Positions 50,501 to 63,728 of a DNA stretch of 64,000 bases are shown here, piece by piece. This DNA comes from Podarcis bocagei. Its lineage: Eukaryota. The first letter of the stretch is position 1. Each line of letters begins with the position of its first letter. Below the pieces are notes generated by a model, which was not told the origin of the DNA, did no database searches, and saw nothing but the letters and a program-made list of their open reading frames with translations. The translations under genes and the position numbers were made by a program. Where the stretch lies: assembly GCA_964188305.1 (NCBI GenBank), contig OZ076888.1. One strand, written 5' to 3'.

Positions 50501-52334
50501 TTGCATAGTAAAAGGCTGCAGTTAGAACTTGTTGCACACAATCCCCAATAAAGTTCTGGCTCAAAAGGTGTAGGTGAAGCTTTGCCAAACCAAAAATGCT
50601 GAGATGGCAAGTTTTAAAATGCTGCAAAAATGAGATCACCAGCTGGCTCCATCTTTCATTTCTCATCAACAATTGGCTGTTTAAGTGAAGTAGAGCCACT
50701 TGGATTAAAGCCAGCTTAAAAACACAACTTGGCTATGCTGTCATGCCAGCTCCAGTCATTTCATGAACCTCTAGACTACTTGATATAGAAAACATTACTG
50801 CTTCGGATTACGAACTTCAGGATACAGATTCATATATTGCAATAAGTGAATCTGAACTTTTGGCAATAATGGGAGACACAGATGAAACACAGAGCAGTGA
50901 TGTATGTTCATGCACTAAAACACAAAAAGCACCCAGAATGTCAGACCAGGCATAAATATATATATATATATATGTTCCCATTATTTTTTTTTAAATGGAG
51001 ATCCAATCTATTCCTCCTCAGTCATAATCCAGTTACCTCTTTTGACTGTTACCAAAAGATTATAGCCTCCCCGGCCCAGCCAATTTGGTTTAATAGCAAA
51101 CAGGAGTCTCAGCACAGGACAATAGTGGCTGTTATGTTGCACAAGGAAAATGTGTTAAAACGACAGTGTGAAACTTTCAGTCAATTTGGTTTTAAAGAAA
51201 GGGGAAATTGCACTCATCAACCATCTAAAATACTGCTGTGTGGGGCCAGCCCACCCTGTAAACCTAGACTGAAAGGGACCCACTTTTACTTGGTCATGTT
51301 GAGCCTAAGAGATCTTATCACAACTTAGGAGGAGAAAACCCTGAAAACAGAAACCTGATTCCAAATAGGAGTCTTACTCAAAGCAGGCTTGCAATACCTT
51401 CAAGGATACAAACCCCACCAGACACCACCACTTCCACTTTAACATGCACACATGCATACTCAAGCACTCACCATTATTATTATTTTTTTTAAAAAACCCT
51501 TAAAAAAAGTAAAAGAGGGATCTCTTAAATTGTTATTCCAGAAGGCTCTATACAGTGCTGTGGAGACTTGAGCAACAGCAATTGAAGGGCTGGCTCAGGG
51601 AGCTCCAATTACTGACCTCCAAGGATGCTGGGCAAGGTCACATGTACAGTACTTGATTCAAATATCACAAAAATTAAAAATAACAACAACCTGTGAACAG
51701 ATATGGTAAAGGAATTGACCGAGACGCTAACAGGAACCTTGAAGCAAGGACATAAAGCCCATGAGATCACTTTAGGACCTAATGAGTTTTCCGTGTATTT
51801 GTCAATGATCTCTACACATCTACAAAAAATTAAAAATAAAAAAATACCCACATCCTTAAAAAAAGCACATATTTACAAAAAAAAAAATTAAAAAAATTCA
51901 GCTCTCCCAATCCGTACCTGCTAAATGCTTAGTTTATGTACAGTACCCCTGATTTAGCTGCAAACGTGTATGCCTAGAGTCTCAAAAAGGAGGCTTGGAT
52001 TATGGCAGATGGATTATGACTATTTAGCAGCAAAAATCCAGTTGTGATTTAAAATGTATTACAGTCAGCAGTGTAGTTCTTCCTGCCAACTTTGTGTGTG
52101 CACGCACAGAGTTCAAATTTCATGAAACTAAACACTGAGACAAGAACCAGGGTCTCCTGATGCCAATTGCAAATTTATGTTGCTCTCCTGGACTCAGTTG
52201 CTTTTTTCTTTTAAGAACACTGGAGGTATAAAAATACCAAATAATGCTCCTGCACAAGATCCACTGGGATCTGGGAGTAAGTCCCATAGAACACAGTAAG
52301 GCTTCACTCCAAATAGGCATATATGGGAATGTGC

Positions 52335-52458
52335 CATGGGCATAGACAAGGGGGGCAGGGGGGGCAGCTGCCCCCCATAACCAATAAAATTCAATAAAAA
52401 TACATAGCAAACTGAGGTTCTGCCCCCCCCCCTAACAAAAAGCCTGGCTATGCCCATG
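52335..52458. mobile_element. hAT MITE inside the putative SH3PXD2A 3'UTR
   Basis: TIR CATGGGCATAG / CTATGCCCATG; 8-bp TSD GAATG(T/C)GC. Confidence 0.88.
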
Positions 52459-55400
52459 GAATGCGCTGAAAGAGCATTTTATTTTCATGAACATTTAAGC
52501 AATATTGCTTTGGAACTGCCTCGTCGTGAGTTCAAAGGCTTGAGTTCAAGTGCCCAGCACAAAGATGAAGAGCCTGATTTGGGGCTGCTAAAGATAGGAA
52601 CCTTTCCTGTTCTTATCAGTGGAAAGAGATACAGCAGGCCATGCACCAACAAGCAGATCTTTTCCTGCAAATGGCCTGATTCTGAAAGGCATGGAGCACT
52701 AAGGGATCATGAGGTAGAGACTGATTTGACATGCTGTGCTTCAAGCATATAATTAATCCTCATGTTGTCTCATGAGTGATTTCCCCCCCTCAACACATCT
52801 ATTCCAAGCTCCAGCATGTATTCCATGCTAACTAAAACCACCCAGCAGCACAATCCTATACAGGTCTACACGGAAGTAAGCCCCACTGACTTGCATGGGA
52901 CTTCCTCCTAGGTGAGTATAAGAAAGCAGCCTTAACTGAACAAACTGAATTTTGTAAGGAAGAAAAAATGAGTATTAGAAAGAAAAAGGTTGTTAAACAG
53001 TCACTAACACACAAACAAGTCACACTTCGATTCAAGCGTGATGCACTTGTGTAACCACTACTGCACTCAGCCACCACAGTAAATTCACACAATCCATTTA
53101 TACCAGAAATTTTCTGCTGCCTCCTCTCTTTTTCTCAATGGTTCCCTTCCTCTCATTCCTCATTTTCCCCCCAAGAGTGCATGACTGGATAATAACAAGA
53201 CTTTTAAAAATCACACTGTGCGTTCCACCTTTAAGTCCTGGATGAGGGGCCTGTTTAATCTCTTTCAATATTGCACATATCCTCCAACTGGATTTTATCT
53301 TGAAAATGCAAAATAAAAAAAAAGGGGGGGGGGGGACGTAACCCAAAAACCAAAACCCAACAACACACACATACACATGAGAAAAATGTAAATGAACAAA
53401 CTAGCTAATGAGATCTAAACTTAAATACTAGCATTTCTATTCTGTAAATGCTAGTAGTATGAAAATAACGAATGTTTAACCCAGATTCCCTTCGGTTTCT
53501 CATAAATGATAGAAAGCACGTTAACACATTTCTAAACAGAGAAAAGCAATGAGTATAATTTTACAATAAAATATGCCACACTAATATTTGAAAGTAGTTT
53601 AAACAAACAATTCTATAATGCCTTCGTCAAAATGTTCAGTGTTGCTACTGAAAGAAACTTTTTTGGAAATTGCTCATCACCAGAGACAAATGCAGATGTT
53701 GCTACTGCATTGTAAACTTGAAACACAAATGCACTTGTTCGCCTACCTCAGAATCTAGTCCTGAATTAGCCAGTCTGTAATGTTCCTTGCCAGTTACCTG
53801 TACAAATGAGCATTTTAAAGAATCCCACCCAAATTATTTTGTATTCAATTGGGGCTGTGACCCTAAGCAACACTTGTACTGGAGTCAATGGGACTTAATT
53901 CCCTGTAGATGTGTTAAGGAGTAAGTGCTATTTTTTTTCCGCACAGAGGGGCTGTTTTGACAAGGACTTCAGGCACTGGAAAGTTGGGCCAGAATCCAAA
54001 AAGGGTTTGAAGCTAGTTCCATGGAACTTTACGCCCATGGTTTCCTTCAGCAGCACCCCTCCCCATATCAGCCCAATGCTACACAGCAAAACATTCAGAA
54101 ATATGGGACTTTCATAAGCAGTGATATGGCTGGGAGCGGTGTGGTGGGCTGCAGCTGTAGACAAATTCTTGGCTGGTAAAAGCCCCTCACATGAGTCCAG
54201 GTGGCTCCAAATTGATATTTTGATATAGGTTAACCAGGCATTCAAATTTTCCACGAGGCCTAGTTCTCAAGAAACAGCCAGGTGGTAAACCTTTATCTGA
54301 ACTGAACCACTTCAGACTGCAGATAGGGAAAGATCTGGTTGAAAGACTTGCCTCAGAAAAACAAAACAGAACAAGAACAAAAAACAAAAGAAGAATTCCT
54401 GCATACAGAAAACAAAATGTTAAGGAAATGACTTCAAGGCTACACCTTACCTGGCCTATGCAGGTAAGTTTGTGGATGTGGTGGATCATTCAAGCATGGA
54501 AGAATCCATTGCAGACACAGGTTTGCTACCTCATCAGCTTTTTGAGAAATAAACTTAAGTCTCAGCTTGAAAGAAATTGCAATAGGCAACAGGTATATGC
54601 AGGAAGAGTCAAAGAGAAATAGTGTTCACTAGAATTAAAAAACAAAACAAAACAGGAAGAGTATCTTTTCAGGCATTATATAAAACCGCAATAACGAACT
54701 CAGAAGTGCTCATTATTATTAAAGTTGCAGTATACAGCAGAACAAAAAAGTTTCAAATTTTTGGTTTTTTTGTTTTCAAAAAAGAAGATTGGTTGTTGTT
54801 TTTTAACTTTTGCTATCTCAATCATTCCCATTTCACATATTTTTTTTATTTGGAAAGCATGGATGACCAAGGTAATCTCAAATAATGAGGAAAATAACTA
54901 GAAAGCCACTCCTCCTTCCACAAGAGGGCACTCCGACTTCAAAATATTTTATTCAGTAGCTCCCTGGAGAATTAAAAAAGTGAATTAGTTAACTCTGAAA
55001 GTATAATTATTATTAAATTGCAACTTGATTTTTGATTAGTTTTTAGAAGTACAAAATACTTTTCCCCACCAAAATGCTGCAGGTATTTTACAACCATTTG
55101 AATGGGACTATAGTGTTTGCGCAGTGAGATCATGAAGACTTGTCACAAGTAATTGTGAATAGGCCTGGTGCTGCATTTAATTTTCCAGTTCTGAAAAAGT
55201 TTCCTAGATATGACCTATCGGCTAAAGTGGGAAACATAAATTGCATACCAGTAACAGTGAAACTGACTAAAGGTGCTTTCTAGTGTCCTTTATTCCATCC
55301 CATACATCATGAAATCGCCTCAAAGCTTGTCCAACACGTGTGCATGCACAAGCTATATCTTGTGTGCACAAGCACACAAATATATTTGTGTGTGTGTGTT

Positions 55401-58400
55401 GCAGAAAGCACAACATCAGGAACAGCAAGTAGATGCAAAACTGAGAGCAGCTCAGAAGTTAACTTTGCTACTTGCTCAGAACCTCATCACCATAATCACA
55501 TAAAGTATATTATAATATTGGCTACTGGACTGCCTCTGTTGGGCAACTGAGTATTGCTTTCTTTTTTTATGCACAATAGATCCTACTCCTCAAGTATTTG
55601 TATACATCTTTCAGTAATTGTTGATGAGCAAACTGATCTCATAAATAGGAGACCTCTGCAAGAAAACAGGGCTTACAGATGCCATGCCTGCTCTGTATCA
55701 TATTGATAGCAAATAGATATTGTTTTGGTGGGTAGCAGTTTCCCTTACTGAAAGAATAGTAGACAAGCCACATGCTTGATATGCAGCAAGAAAGGCGTAT
55801 GTCCTCAGGAGGACTTTGCAAAAGCATATTTAGAACAATTTAGCAGACAGCGATCTTCTGCACATAGGACTGGAGAATGGTCAACAGTCATCCATTAAGC
55901 GCTGGGTGCTAGCAGAATATATTGAAGACATCTAGGGAATCTGGTGGTGGGATGGGGGATTGTTCAATTACTACTTCAGATCAGCTCCTCACATTTACTC
56001 AGGGCTGCATACATTTAAGGAATATAACTAGCTGATCCACTGCTCTCCAAATCTGAAATTTATGTCCCTTTTCCTTAGCAGAAAGTTGACACTTGCTAAC
56101 TGAATCTACTGTATTTTGAGAGTCCAATGGCTCAATGTAGAAAAGTTGGGAGCTGCACATTTAGCTTTCCCTGGAGATGATGGCATCTTTAGAACAAAAC
56201 TGTATAGTACAATTTTTAAATAATCATAAATTATTTTAATAAATAGGTGAACTTTTTAAAAAATGACAATTTATACTGCACCTTTAAATAATGCACTTGG
56301 TTTTTTCTGCATTTTGGTTTAAATTGTTAAAGTGCATTAATTCAAAAATAATGAACCACTTCCTTATCATTATTGTTAAAAAATAAATCATAAACATTAA
56401 TATGAGTTGCTAAATCACTACTATTAGTACTGCAATCTAGCAGATTACTTTATGGTTTTGCTCTATTTAATACTGTCCAGCAGAAGAACATAATACTTCT
56501 ATTTATAATCTCACAGCAGCTCTGGCAGTTCTTTTAACAATGGCTGCTAAGGTTTCAGCAGACTTTTAAAACGAAGAGAAACGTCTAAGAGGCAGAGCTG
56601 CTAGGCCTTAGGAAGAAAAGCTCAGGAAAAACACCTACACCTTTTACTTTGCAGTGTAGATCATGACCTTCTCCCCATGGGCTCTTCCACTGAGCGCATC
56701 ACAGGCCTCTCCATTCCTTCCTGCTTCACACAAGCCAACCCTTCTTCCATGCTTATTTATCCAATATAAAGCAATAGTATGGAAGGTGGTGGCAGCCAAA
56801 CTTTAATGGTGTCTCAACAGGTCAAACTGAAAGGACAATTGGCACATGAGCTGCAGAAATCAACCCCTCCCCCAACATTTCTCATAGATTCAAGACGCGC
56901 AACACCATATTTTTGTTTAAAGAGAAAGAGAGATGAATCAAGTGAGAATTATGTAATGTTTCCCAAAGACCAAACATCTCCCCATTATATATTTGATTTT
57001 GAATCCTTTGGAAGAAATGTATCCATTCAGTTCGTTCAAATCTTCCCATTTTTTTATCTTTCACCTAGTGGAAGGCATGAAGTATTGCTGGAAGATGAAA
57101 GAGTTATTTATATTATTTATTCTTGCACAGTAACACAAACACAGCTGGTTTTCTTCTCTTGACACACAAAATGCTGGGCCTCAGGACAGAGACATCAAAC
57201 TCTCATCTGAGAGTCGGTATTCTTAAGCAAAGGCCTTCCGGTGTTTCCTTTTTTACAATTATAAAGTTTATTTAAGGGCTGGTGTTTGAGGCCACGGGGA
57301 GCGGGATACACTTTGCACCCAAGCCTTTTCTCCCAGTGGCTTTTCATTTTTTCCATGCTCTCCCACAAATGTTCTATCTTTGAAGTTTCATGATTATAAA
57401 TATCAATGGTGGGGGGTGGAAACAGAAATGAAGAGACTGCCCATGTGTGCAGGTGAGCAGTGCTTGAACCGGTACATTCTCCACTCAATAGTGTTCTCAT
57501 TCAATTGCTTTGCAGGTTTTGAAAGTATCAGGTGCTTCTCTTCCAACACAAAGTAATATTCAAGTGAATACAACAGAAGAGTGATTCCTACTGCTTGCTC
57601 TTAAAAGGGGGAAATAAGAAGTTTAGGACAGAGATGGTTCAAAAATAAAAATCATCCCACAAATATACAAATTTAAAACAATTGTGCAGACAGTAAAATG
57701 CATGGCTTTTTTCTCTCTTCCCTGCCCCAACTTTGTAAACACAGATGCTTCTCTGCTGGCTGAGAATGGGCATTCATATCTGGAAACAACACTTAAATAC
57801 AAACTGTATGGGTCTCCTTCCTTTGTTTTTATTTGAGGCATTGCCACATGCAATTTGTTACTTCCAGTATTCTCAATCTTAAGCACTGTGAGCGTTCTGA
57901 CATGCATGCACAATTCCTGCACTGGCACTGTCAGACTCATTTCCACATGAGGATGACTCTGACCATGTACAATGAGGATGCACACGGGGTATCGCCCCTC
58001 TATCAATGGAGGGCATGCGGAAGAGCATGGACACGTAGAAGCTCCATGTTTACATATGGACACTCCTGCACCTCAAGTAGCACCTGGAGTGGGCAATTGG
58101 CTGTGATGCAGTGGCTTCAAGGTATCCCTTACTCCTTACAGAAAAATAACTACTTACTCTCTTCTACTGGCAAGGAAATGTTTTTACATCATGCACAATA
58201 GAGAGATCCAATCCCTGCAAACATGAATAAATTATTTCCTTCATAGGTAATAATGGAAAGCCCCTGCAAAACAAAGGCCCATTATGTGGAAGCAAATCCC
58301 CTCCACTCAGGGCCAACTCACCTACTTTGGCAGGTGGAGCCATGCAGATGGCTCTGGAGAAGCCATCACCACTGTGTTACATGACTCATTGGCCTGGTTT

Positions 58401-59645
58401 TCAAGCCACAGGAGGCCACCGTGCGGCCACAAGAGCTGAAGCCTTATGGGGCTTTGGGATGGGAGCAGAGTGCATGCACAGCTTAAGGAGCTGTGCAGAA
58501 GCACTGGTGGAAGCAAGCCTGGTAATTCTGACCTGGGCAAAATGAAGAGGAAGGGAAGAGTTCTTGAGAAATCCCTTTCCGTCTAGCAAAGGCTTATGGA
58601 CGGCCAAGGAGCCAAACCCATGATGGTCCATGAGCCAGCAAATGGGGCTCTGTGGAACAGCAGATTCCCCTTTTAAGCTACAGACAACTGATATTCCCTG
58701 CATTCAGATGAAACTTTGCTGCTTCATAGTCCAATATGAGGCTCTGGATAGCAAAGTACGTGACAAACCCCTTCAAAGTACTTTCAGTATTGGTTGTTCA
58801 GAAGAACCTCAAAATAAAACATTAAATTTTGAGACCAATAAGTTTGCACAAGAGGTGTGTTGCAAACACATAATTTTTAGTGTGCATACAAACACCTAGG
58901 AACCACATTAAAGTTTGACTACACATCTAATTCCAATAATAATAGTAAAAAAAACTTGACCCCTTCTCCCCAAACAGTTGACACAGAGATCACCACAGGA
59001 CAGAAGCATGACCAATGCCATTGGGGGAAACTGACAATATGCACTTAATGTCAGGTACTAGCAATGCACAGTGAAAAAGCTCCAAGTCTTCAATCTGGAG
59101 ACAAGAATGTGATAGCAGAGGGCCAACACAGGATTTCTTGAGTTTCCCCACTTGCTCTGCTGACTTAAAGATATCTTGCTGGTGGTGGAGACTCATCCAC
59201 AGCTTGGAAACACTTTTGCACACTCCATGTGGAAGAAATGAACAAGCTGATTTTTTTAACATGTCCAGGTTGGCACCAAAGTCCCCACCATTTGCAAGTG
59301 GATGCACAGGTCCAAACTATACTGTGAAAGGCACACATTTGGTTTCCTTTTATGACAACCAGGATGGTGGAATAGTGAACCACGTTGCACTCAAAATTAT
59401 GAAAGTCTTCACCAAAACAGAAAGAGAATGCCATTAGTTCCAGCTGCCTTTTTCCTTGATATTTGCTGAACAAGCCAATTCCTTCAAACACCCTCAAAGA
59501 CGGCAGACTTGCTGGTCATAGCAAAGGTCAGATCAACAGTCCCTTGTATATTAGATAGAATAAAAAGGGAATAAAATCATTGTATTTCCCCCCTTCCTTC
59601 CATATGTACACAGTATAAAAGTATAAATAATGGAATTTAAAGACT

Positions 59646-61532
59646 CTAATTCTTTTTCTCCAAATAATTCGAGGGCACCCAGCCTTTAAAAGGTTTTCCT
59701 CCATCCATGATCTGACAGTACCACCAACCATTTGGGTTCCTTTCCAGGACCTCCATGCAGACACCTTCCTGAAATCCAGCAGTTTCTTCGTCCCCCTCAT
59801 AATCTGCAATGGAGATGTAGATATCCTTAAGGTTATTGTGAATGAACTGGGATTTTTCAATGGGCTTGGGTCTGACTGTGGACACTGGGATTCCATTGCG
59901 CTCAGAAGATACGTAGGAACTGGTCTCAGACCCCTCAGAACCCAGCCGATCAGTGTGCTTTATCTTAGAATCACTAGTCTGAGATTGGGCAGCATTGAAA
60001 GAAGAGTTGCGGCGTACTGCCCTCAGGTGGTCTGTGCCAGTAAGAGACTCATTCCTACGCAGGGAACAAGGCAAGTTATTATCCTTGGGTGGTGGGGAGA
60101 CAAACACTGACTGTGGCCTCACTGCTAGTTGCCTAACCCCATTCCGCAATTTGACAGACCCAGATGTTTTAGAAAAGCCACCAGGTGGTTTGCTGGGAAT
60201 GGGAGGTGTTGCTCTCTTGCTCTGGTTGATGGTGTTGAGTGCTTGGACCTTCTTCTCTATCTTCTCCAAGCTGTTGGATTTGTTTTCATTCCTTCTGTTC
60301 TTGGCCATTGAGATGTTAGCCTCATTCGAAGTGGTTTCCCGTTGCTGGCTATCAGACAGTACCAGATAGTGAGAAGGAGCCCAGCCTTCTGTGTCTCCAT
60401 ATCTCAAATACCACCACCCACTTGTTTGCTTTTCCAGAACTTCCACTGTTATCCCCGCTGGGAAGCTGATCTCAGAATCTTGAACTTTCTGGTAAGAATC
60501 AGTAGTTACATAGATACATTTTGAGGAGTTGTTTTCATTCTCTGCCTTGTTTGGCTGGCTGGAGTAGAATATGGCATGGGAATGAGTGGGAATGAGATCT
60601 GCAGAGCTTCTTCTGAATGACTCTTCTGGGTTTCCAGAAGCTGTCCGAGGTGGACTTTCAGACTCTTCACTTCTTGAACCTTTAAGTCCGCCTCTCAGCT
60701 GTCCAGTTGGTCTCAGCTGGTGACGTAAAGTGCTGATGTCCATCCTTTCTTGGCTTTGGGAGTCTGCTTTGTTCAGGAAAGGTTTTGGTCTCACCATTGG
60801 TTTTGCCCTGCTAGACACTGCCTCCCCAGTATCCCTTTTTAGGCCAGTTTTGGGCATGCTACTTAAACCAACGTCTGAAGCGGACCTTGGCTTTGTCTCC
60901 TCATTCCGGGGGTAGTGTGGCTTCCCAAGGTTTGGCTGAATGCTCTTGTCGCTTTTGGGCTTCAGGAGGGAAGACTTGGGAGAAACAGAACACGGAGAAT
61001 TTCTTTGGATCAGAGACAGTGATGAACTTCTTTGAGAATCAGAGTCCCCACTAGATTCTTTGCTTGACAGAGCATCTTCTATGTATGGCCTGAAGCCTTC
61101 ATTTTCATAGATGGTCTCCTCTTCATGTGCTACATCTTCAGATGACTCTCCAACTCGGAATTTTGCCCTTTGGAGGGATGACACAGGGGAAGGCTTGAGT
61201 AGATGGAACATGCCTCTCTCCAAGCTGCCATCTTCCCCTTGGCTCAGCTCAGACTCAGAGTCAGCACCAAAGGCAGGCACATCATACTCTGGCTCCTCAT
61301 ACTTTTGCTTGTCCTGGGCATCTCCTGAAGATATGGTTCCAGCAACTGTTCCTTCTTCAGAGTCTTTTGATTTATTGGGAGGCGCTGGGGGAGGAACTTT
61401 GGGTCTGGTCAAAGTACTTGTTCGCCTGTTTAAATTTGGCTTTTTCCTTTTGTCAATGTATGATGCTGGAGCCCAGCCTTCCTTTTCACCAATCTGCACA
61501 TACCACCATCCACCAGAATTCTTGTCGATAAC
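59646..61532 (-). CDS. SH3PXD2A: SH3PXD2A (Tks5) terminal coding exon: end of SH3-3, SH3-4, SH3-5
   Basis: Acceptor ccctctctag|GTT; 628 codons plus TAG. Translates VIDKNSGGWWYVQIGEKEGWAPASYID...YEEPEYD...ETIYENEGF...GWWYLRYGDTEGWAPSHYL...FKGWVPSNYLEKKN. Confidence 0.98.
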   Translation of the reverse strand, partial: VIDKNSGGWWYVQIGEKEGWAPASYIDKRKKPNLNRRTSTLTRPKVPPPAPPNKSKDSEEGTVAGTISSGDAQDKQKYEEPEYDVPAFGADSESELSQGEDGSLERGMFHLLKPSPVSSLQRAKFRVGESSEDVAHEEETIYENEGFRPYIEDALSSKESSGDSDSQRSSSLSLIQRNSPCSVSPKSSLLKPKSDKSIQPNLGKPHYPRNEETKPRSASDVGLSSMPKTGLKRDTGEAVSSRAKPMVRPKPFLNKADSQSQERMDISTLRHQLRPTGQLRGGLKGSRSEESESPPRTASGNPEESFRRSSADLIPTHSHAIFYSSQPNKAENENNSSKCIYVTTDSYQKVQDSEISFPAGITVEVLEKQTSGWWYLRYGDTEGWAPSHYLVLSDSQQRETTSNEANISMAKNRRNENKSNSLEKIEKKVQALNTINQSKRATPPIPSKPPGGFSKTSGSVKLRNGVRQLAVRPQSVFVSPPPKDNNLPCSLRRNESLTGTDHLRAVRRNSSFNAAQSQTSDSKIKHTDRLGSEGSETSSYVSSERNGIPVSTVRPKPIEKSQFIHNNLKDIYISIADYEGDEETAGFQEGVCMEVLERNPNGWWYCQIMDGGKPFKGWVPSNYLEKKN

Positions 61533-61674
61533 CTAGAGAGGGATTAACATAGAGATTAGTTTGGGAGGAAAAGGACAAAACTATAGCACATTATTTTTTA
61601 TCTATGCTACCGTCACATTTCTGCCTAAGGTTGAGCAGCTACCCATCACTCATTGTTTCCCTTTCTAGGCTTAC

Positions 61675-61794
61675 CTCCGCCTTTTGTCCCCCATGAAAGC
61701 TGATCCCATCAGATATACAAGACTGGAACTCTGCAATGGTGTAGTATTCAACTTCCACTGATGGTGGCTCTGGAGGTTTAGGCAGCTGGAAGCC
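61675..61794 (-). CDS. SH3PXD2A: SH3PXD2A penultimate exon (start of SH3-3)
   Basis: ctgcag|GGC...GAG|gtaagc; 120 nt. Translates [40 protein letters not shown]; a 142-nt intron leads to the last exon. Confidence 0.96.
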
Positions 61795-62363
61795 CTGCAG
61801 TGAGAAAAAGCAATAAGTAGAGCAGTTAAAAGTGTCAATAGGGTGCAGAGGGAAAGAGGGGAAATTAAGGTTTTGTTTTATTTTAAGAAAGCTGCTTGCA
61901 TTTTAAGTAAGGAAGTGAGATGAATAAATGTTAGCCCAGATATTAAAAGCTCATAACCCATTGCATCAGGGGTAGCTAGGATGTGGCCCTCCAGATATTG
62001 CTGGACTACAATTTCCATCAGATCCAGTGACATGGCCAATCGCCAAGGATAATGGGAACTGTAGTCCAGCTATCCCTTAAACCTGGTGGCCAATCAAGGG
62101 GAATGGGTGTTACCAGTCCAGTGCCGCAGCTCTCGGTCAGTTTTAAACTTCCTCAATTCAAATACATTAGTGAGATTTCCACTTCCTATGGAATGGGAAG
62201 AAGACGAAAACCCTTGAAGCAGGAATACCTGCTGTGCTGCCATCTCCATTCCCTGTTTTTAAATGACTGGATAATGTGGATGGATGCACAGAAGCTTAAA
62301 ACTCACAAGTCTTGAACAACTTAAAAATATTAAGTGGAAATTGCTTCATAGTAGAAATCCTAC

Positions 62364-62601
62364 TCCTGCCAACCTAGCAGTTTGAAAGCACGTCAAAGTG
62401 CAAGTAGATAAATAGGTACCACTCTGGCGGGAAGGTAAACGGCATTTCTGTGCACTGCTCTGGTTCACCAGAAGCGGCTTAGTCATGCTGGCCACATGAC
62501 CCGGAAGCTGTACGCCGGCTCCCTCGGCCAGTAAAGCGAGATGAGCGCTGCAAACCCAGAGTCAGCCACGACTGGACCTAATGGTCAGGTGTCCTTTACC
62601 T
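62364..62601 (+). mobile_element. Sauria SINE, 5'-truncated, in an SH3PXD2A intron
   Basis: Matches the 45125 copy; TSD TAGAAATCCTAC; tail cctttacct. Confidence 0.92.
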
Positions 62602-63204
62602 TAGAAATCCTACAGCAGAGGTGGCTTGGTTTTGGGTTGGTTTTTTTTACATTAAGGGCAACACTGATAATTCACCTCAGTAATAGTTATAATCACTCAA
62701 GCAAGATTATAAGACCTGAGGGAGGTAGAACGCAGAGAAAACATTCAAATACACACAATGAAAGAATCTATATTCAACCCAACCTTTTAACTATTGCTTA
62801 AACCATTTTGACAGTGTATATTTCTTCTCCCACCTTTTTTGTGAAGGGGAAAAAGGGCAGATGAGAGAAACAGGATGAAGAGCCTTTCTTCATCGGATAG
62901 TTTATATTTGTCTAGATTAAATGCTTTACAAAATGGCATGCCACTGGAATGAGCAAATCCAGGCCTGCATTTGATAGAGGTGGGTGTAGCAGGAAAATAG
63001 GTATTTTAAGGACAAACTTGGTCTAGTACATTAAAAGAAGTGGAAGCTTGCACGTACATATTCACACTATAACCTATATATGGTACAACTCAAAATGAAG
63101 AGACAGGAGTATGTGAGGGATGGACTAAAACTCAGTTCTGTAATACAGCTGTAGCTCATGGATCACTAATAGCTCCAAACAACTTTTGACAAGTTAGAAA
63201 GACA

Positions 63205-63502
63205 ACGGATATCACTTTTTAAAAGCCGCTTCTTTCCCCCCAAGAATCTTGGGAACTGAAGTTTTTAAGTGTGCTAAGAGTTTTTGGAGATCCCCTCAAA
63301 GAGCTACTATTCTGGGAGTGGTTTAACAATCTATCATTCTTCCCAGGAAACTCTGGAAACTGTAGCTCTGTGAAGGGAATAGGGGCCTCCTAATAACTCT
63401 CAGTACCCTTATTAAACTACACTTCCCATGATTTTTTGGGAGAAGCAATGACCATTTAAAATGGTATCATAGTGCTTTAAATGTATGGTGTGGATGTGGC
63501 CA
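63205..63502. mobile_element. Degenerate palindromic non-autonomous DNA element
   Basis: Inverted arms tccccccaagaatcttgggaactgaagttt / aaactacacttcccatgattttttgggaga. Confidence 0.6.
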
Positions 63503-63678
63503 AAGACAATATAAAAGTAGTACATGCACAACTGGGAAAACAAAAGAGGGTAACTCTTCCCACTTTCTTTCTTCCTGTTCCACTGGGACCTGAGTGCAAC
63601 AGATTAAGAGGTGTTGCATTTGTGCAAAGTTAAATATTTGCAAGTGCTATTGGAAGTATAAAAGAAATTGGCACTCAC

Positions 63679-63728
63679 CAAACTAGATTCTCTTCTTGGG
63701 GGAGGTCTGGTTCTTAGATTTGGAGAAC
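63679..63728 (-). CDS. SH3PXD2A: SH3PXD2A 50-nt coding exon
   Basis: ttctctcactag|GT...TTG|gtgagt. Translates (G)SPNLRTRPPPRRESSL, in phase with the next exon. Confidence 0.93.

Larger units (their letters stand above)
47545..59645 (-). other. SH3PXD2A: Putative long SH3PXD2A 3'UTR (~12 kb)
   Basis: TE-poor and U-rich on the minus strand, ending at a strong polyA configuration near 47561. Extent inferred. Confidence 0.55.

Noticed and set aside
56289-56339. TAATGCACTT...AAGTGCATTA inverted repeat as a pre-miRNA
   Set aside because: Only a 10-bp stem, with a poorly pairing 31-nt interior.
59838-61536. Plus-strand ORFs over the SH3PXD2A exon
   Set aside because: Antisense shadows of a long coding exon.
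45125-62601. Inverted pair of Sauria SINEs as a dsRNA source
   Set aside because: 17 kb apart, and one probably lies beyond the SH3PXD2A polyA site.
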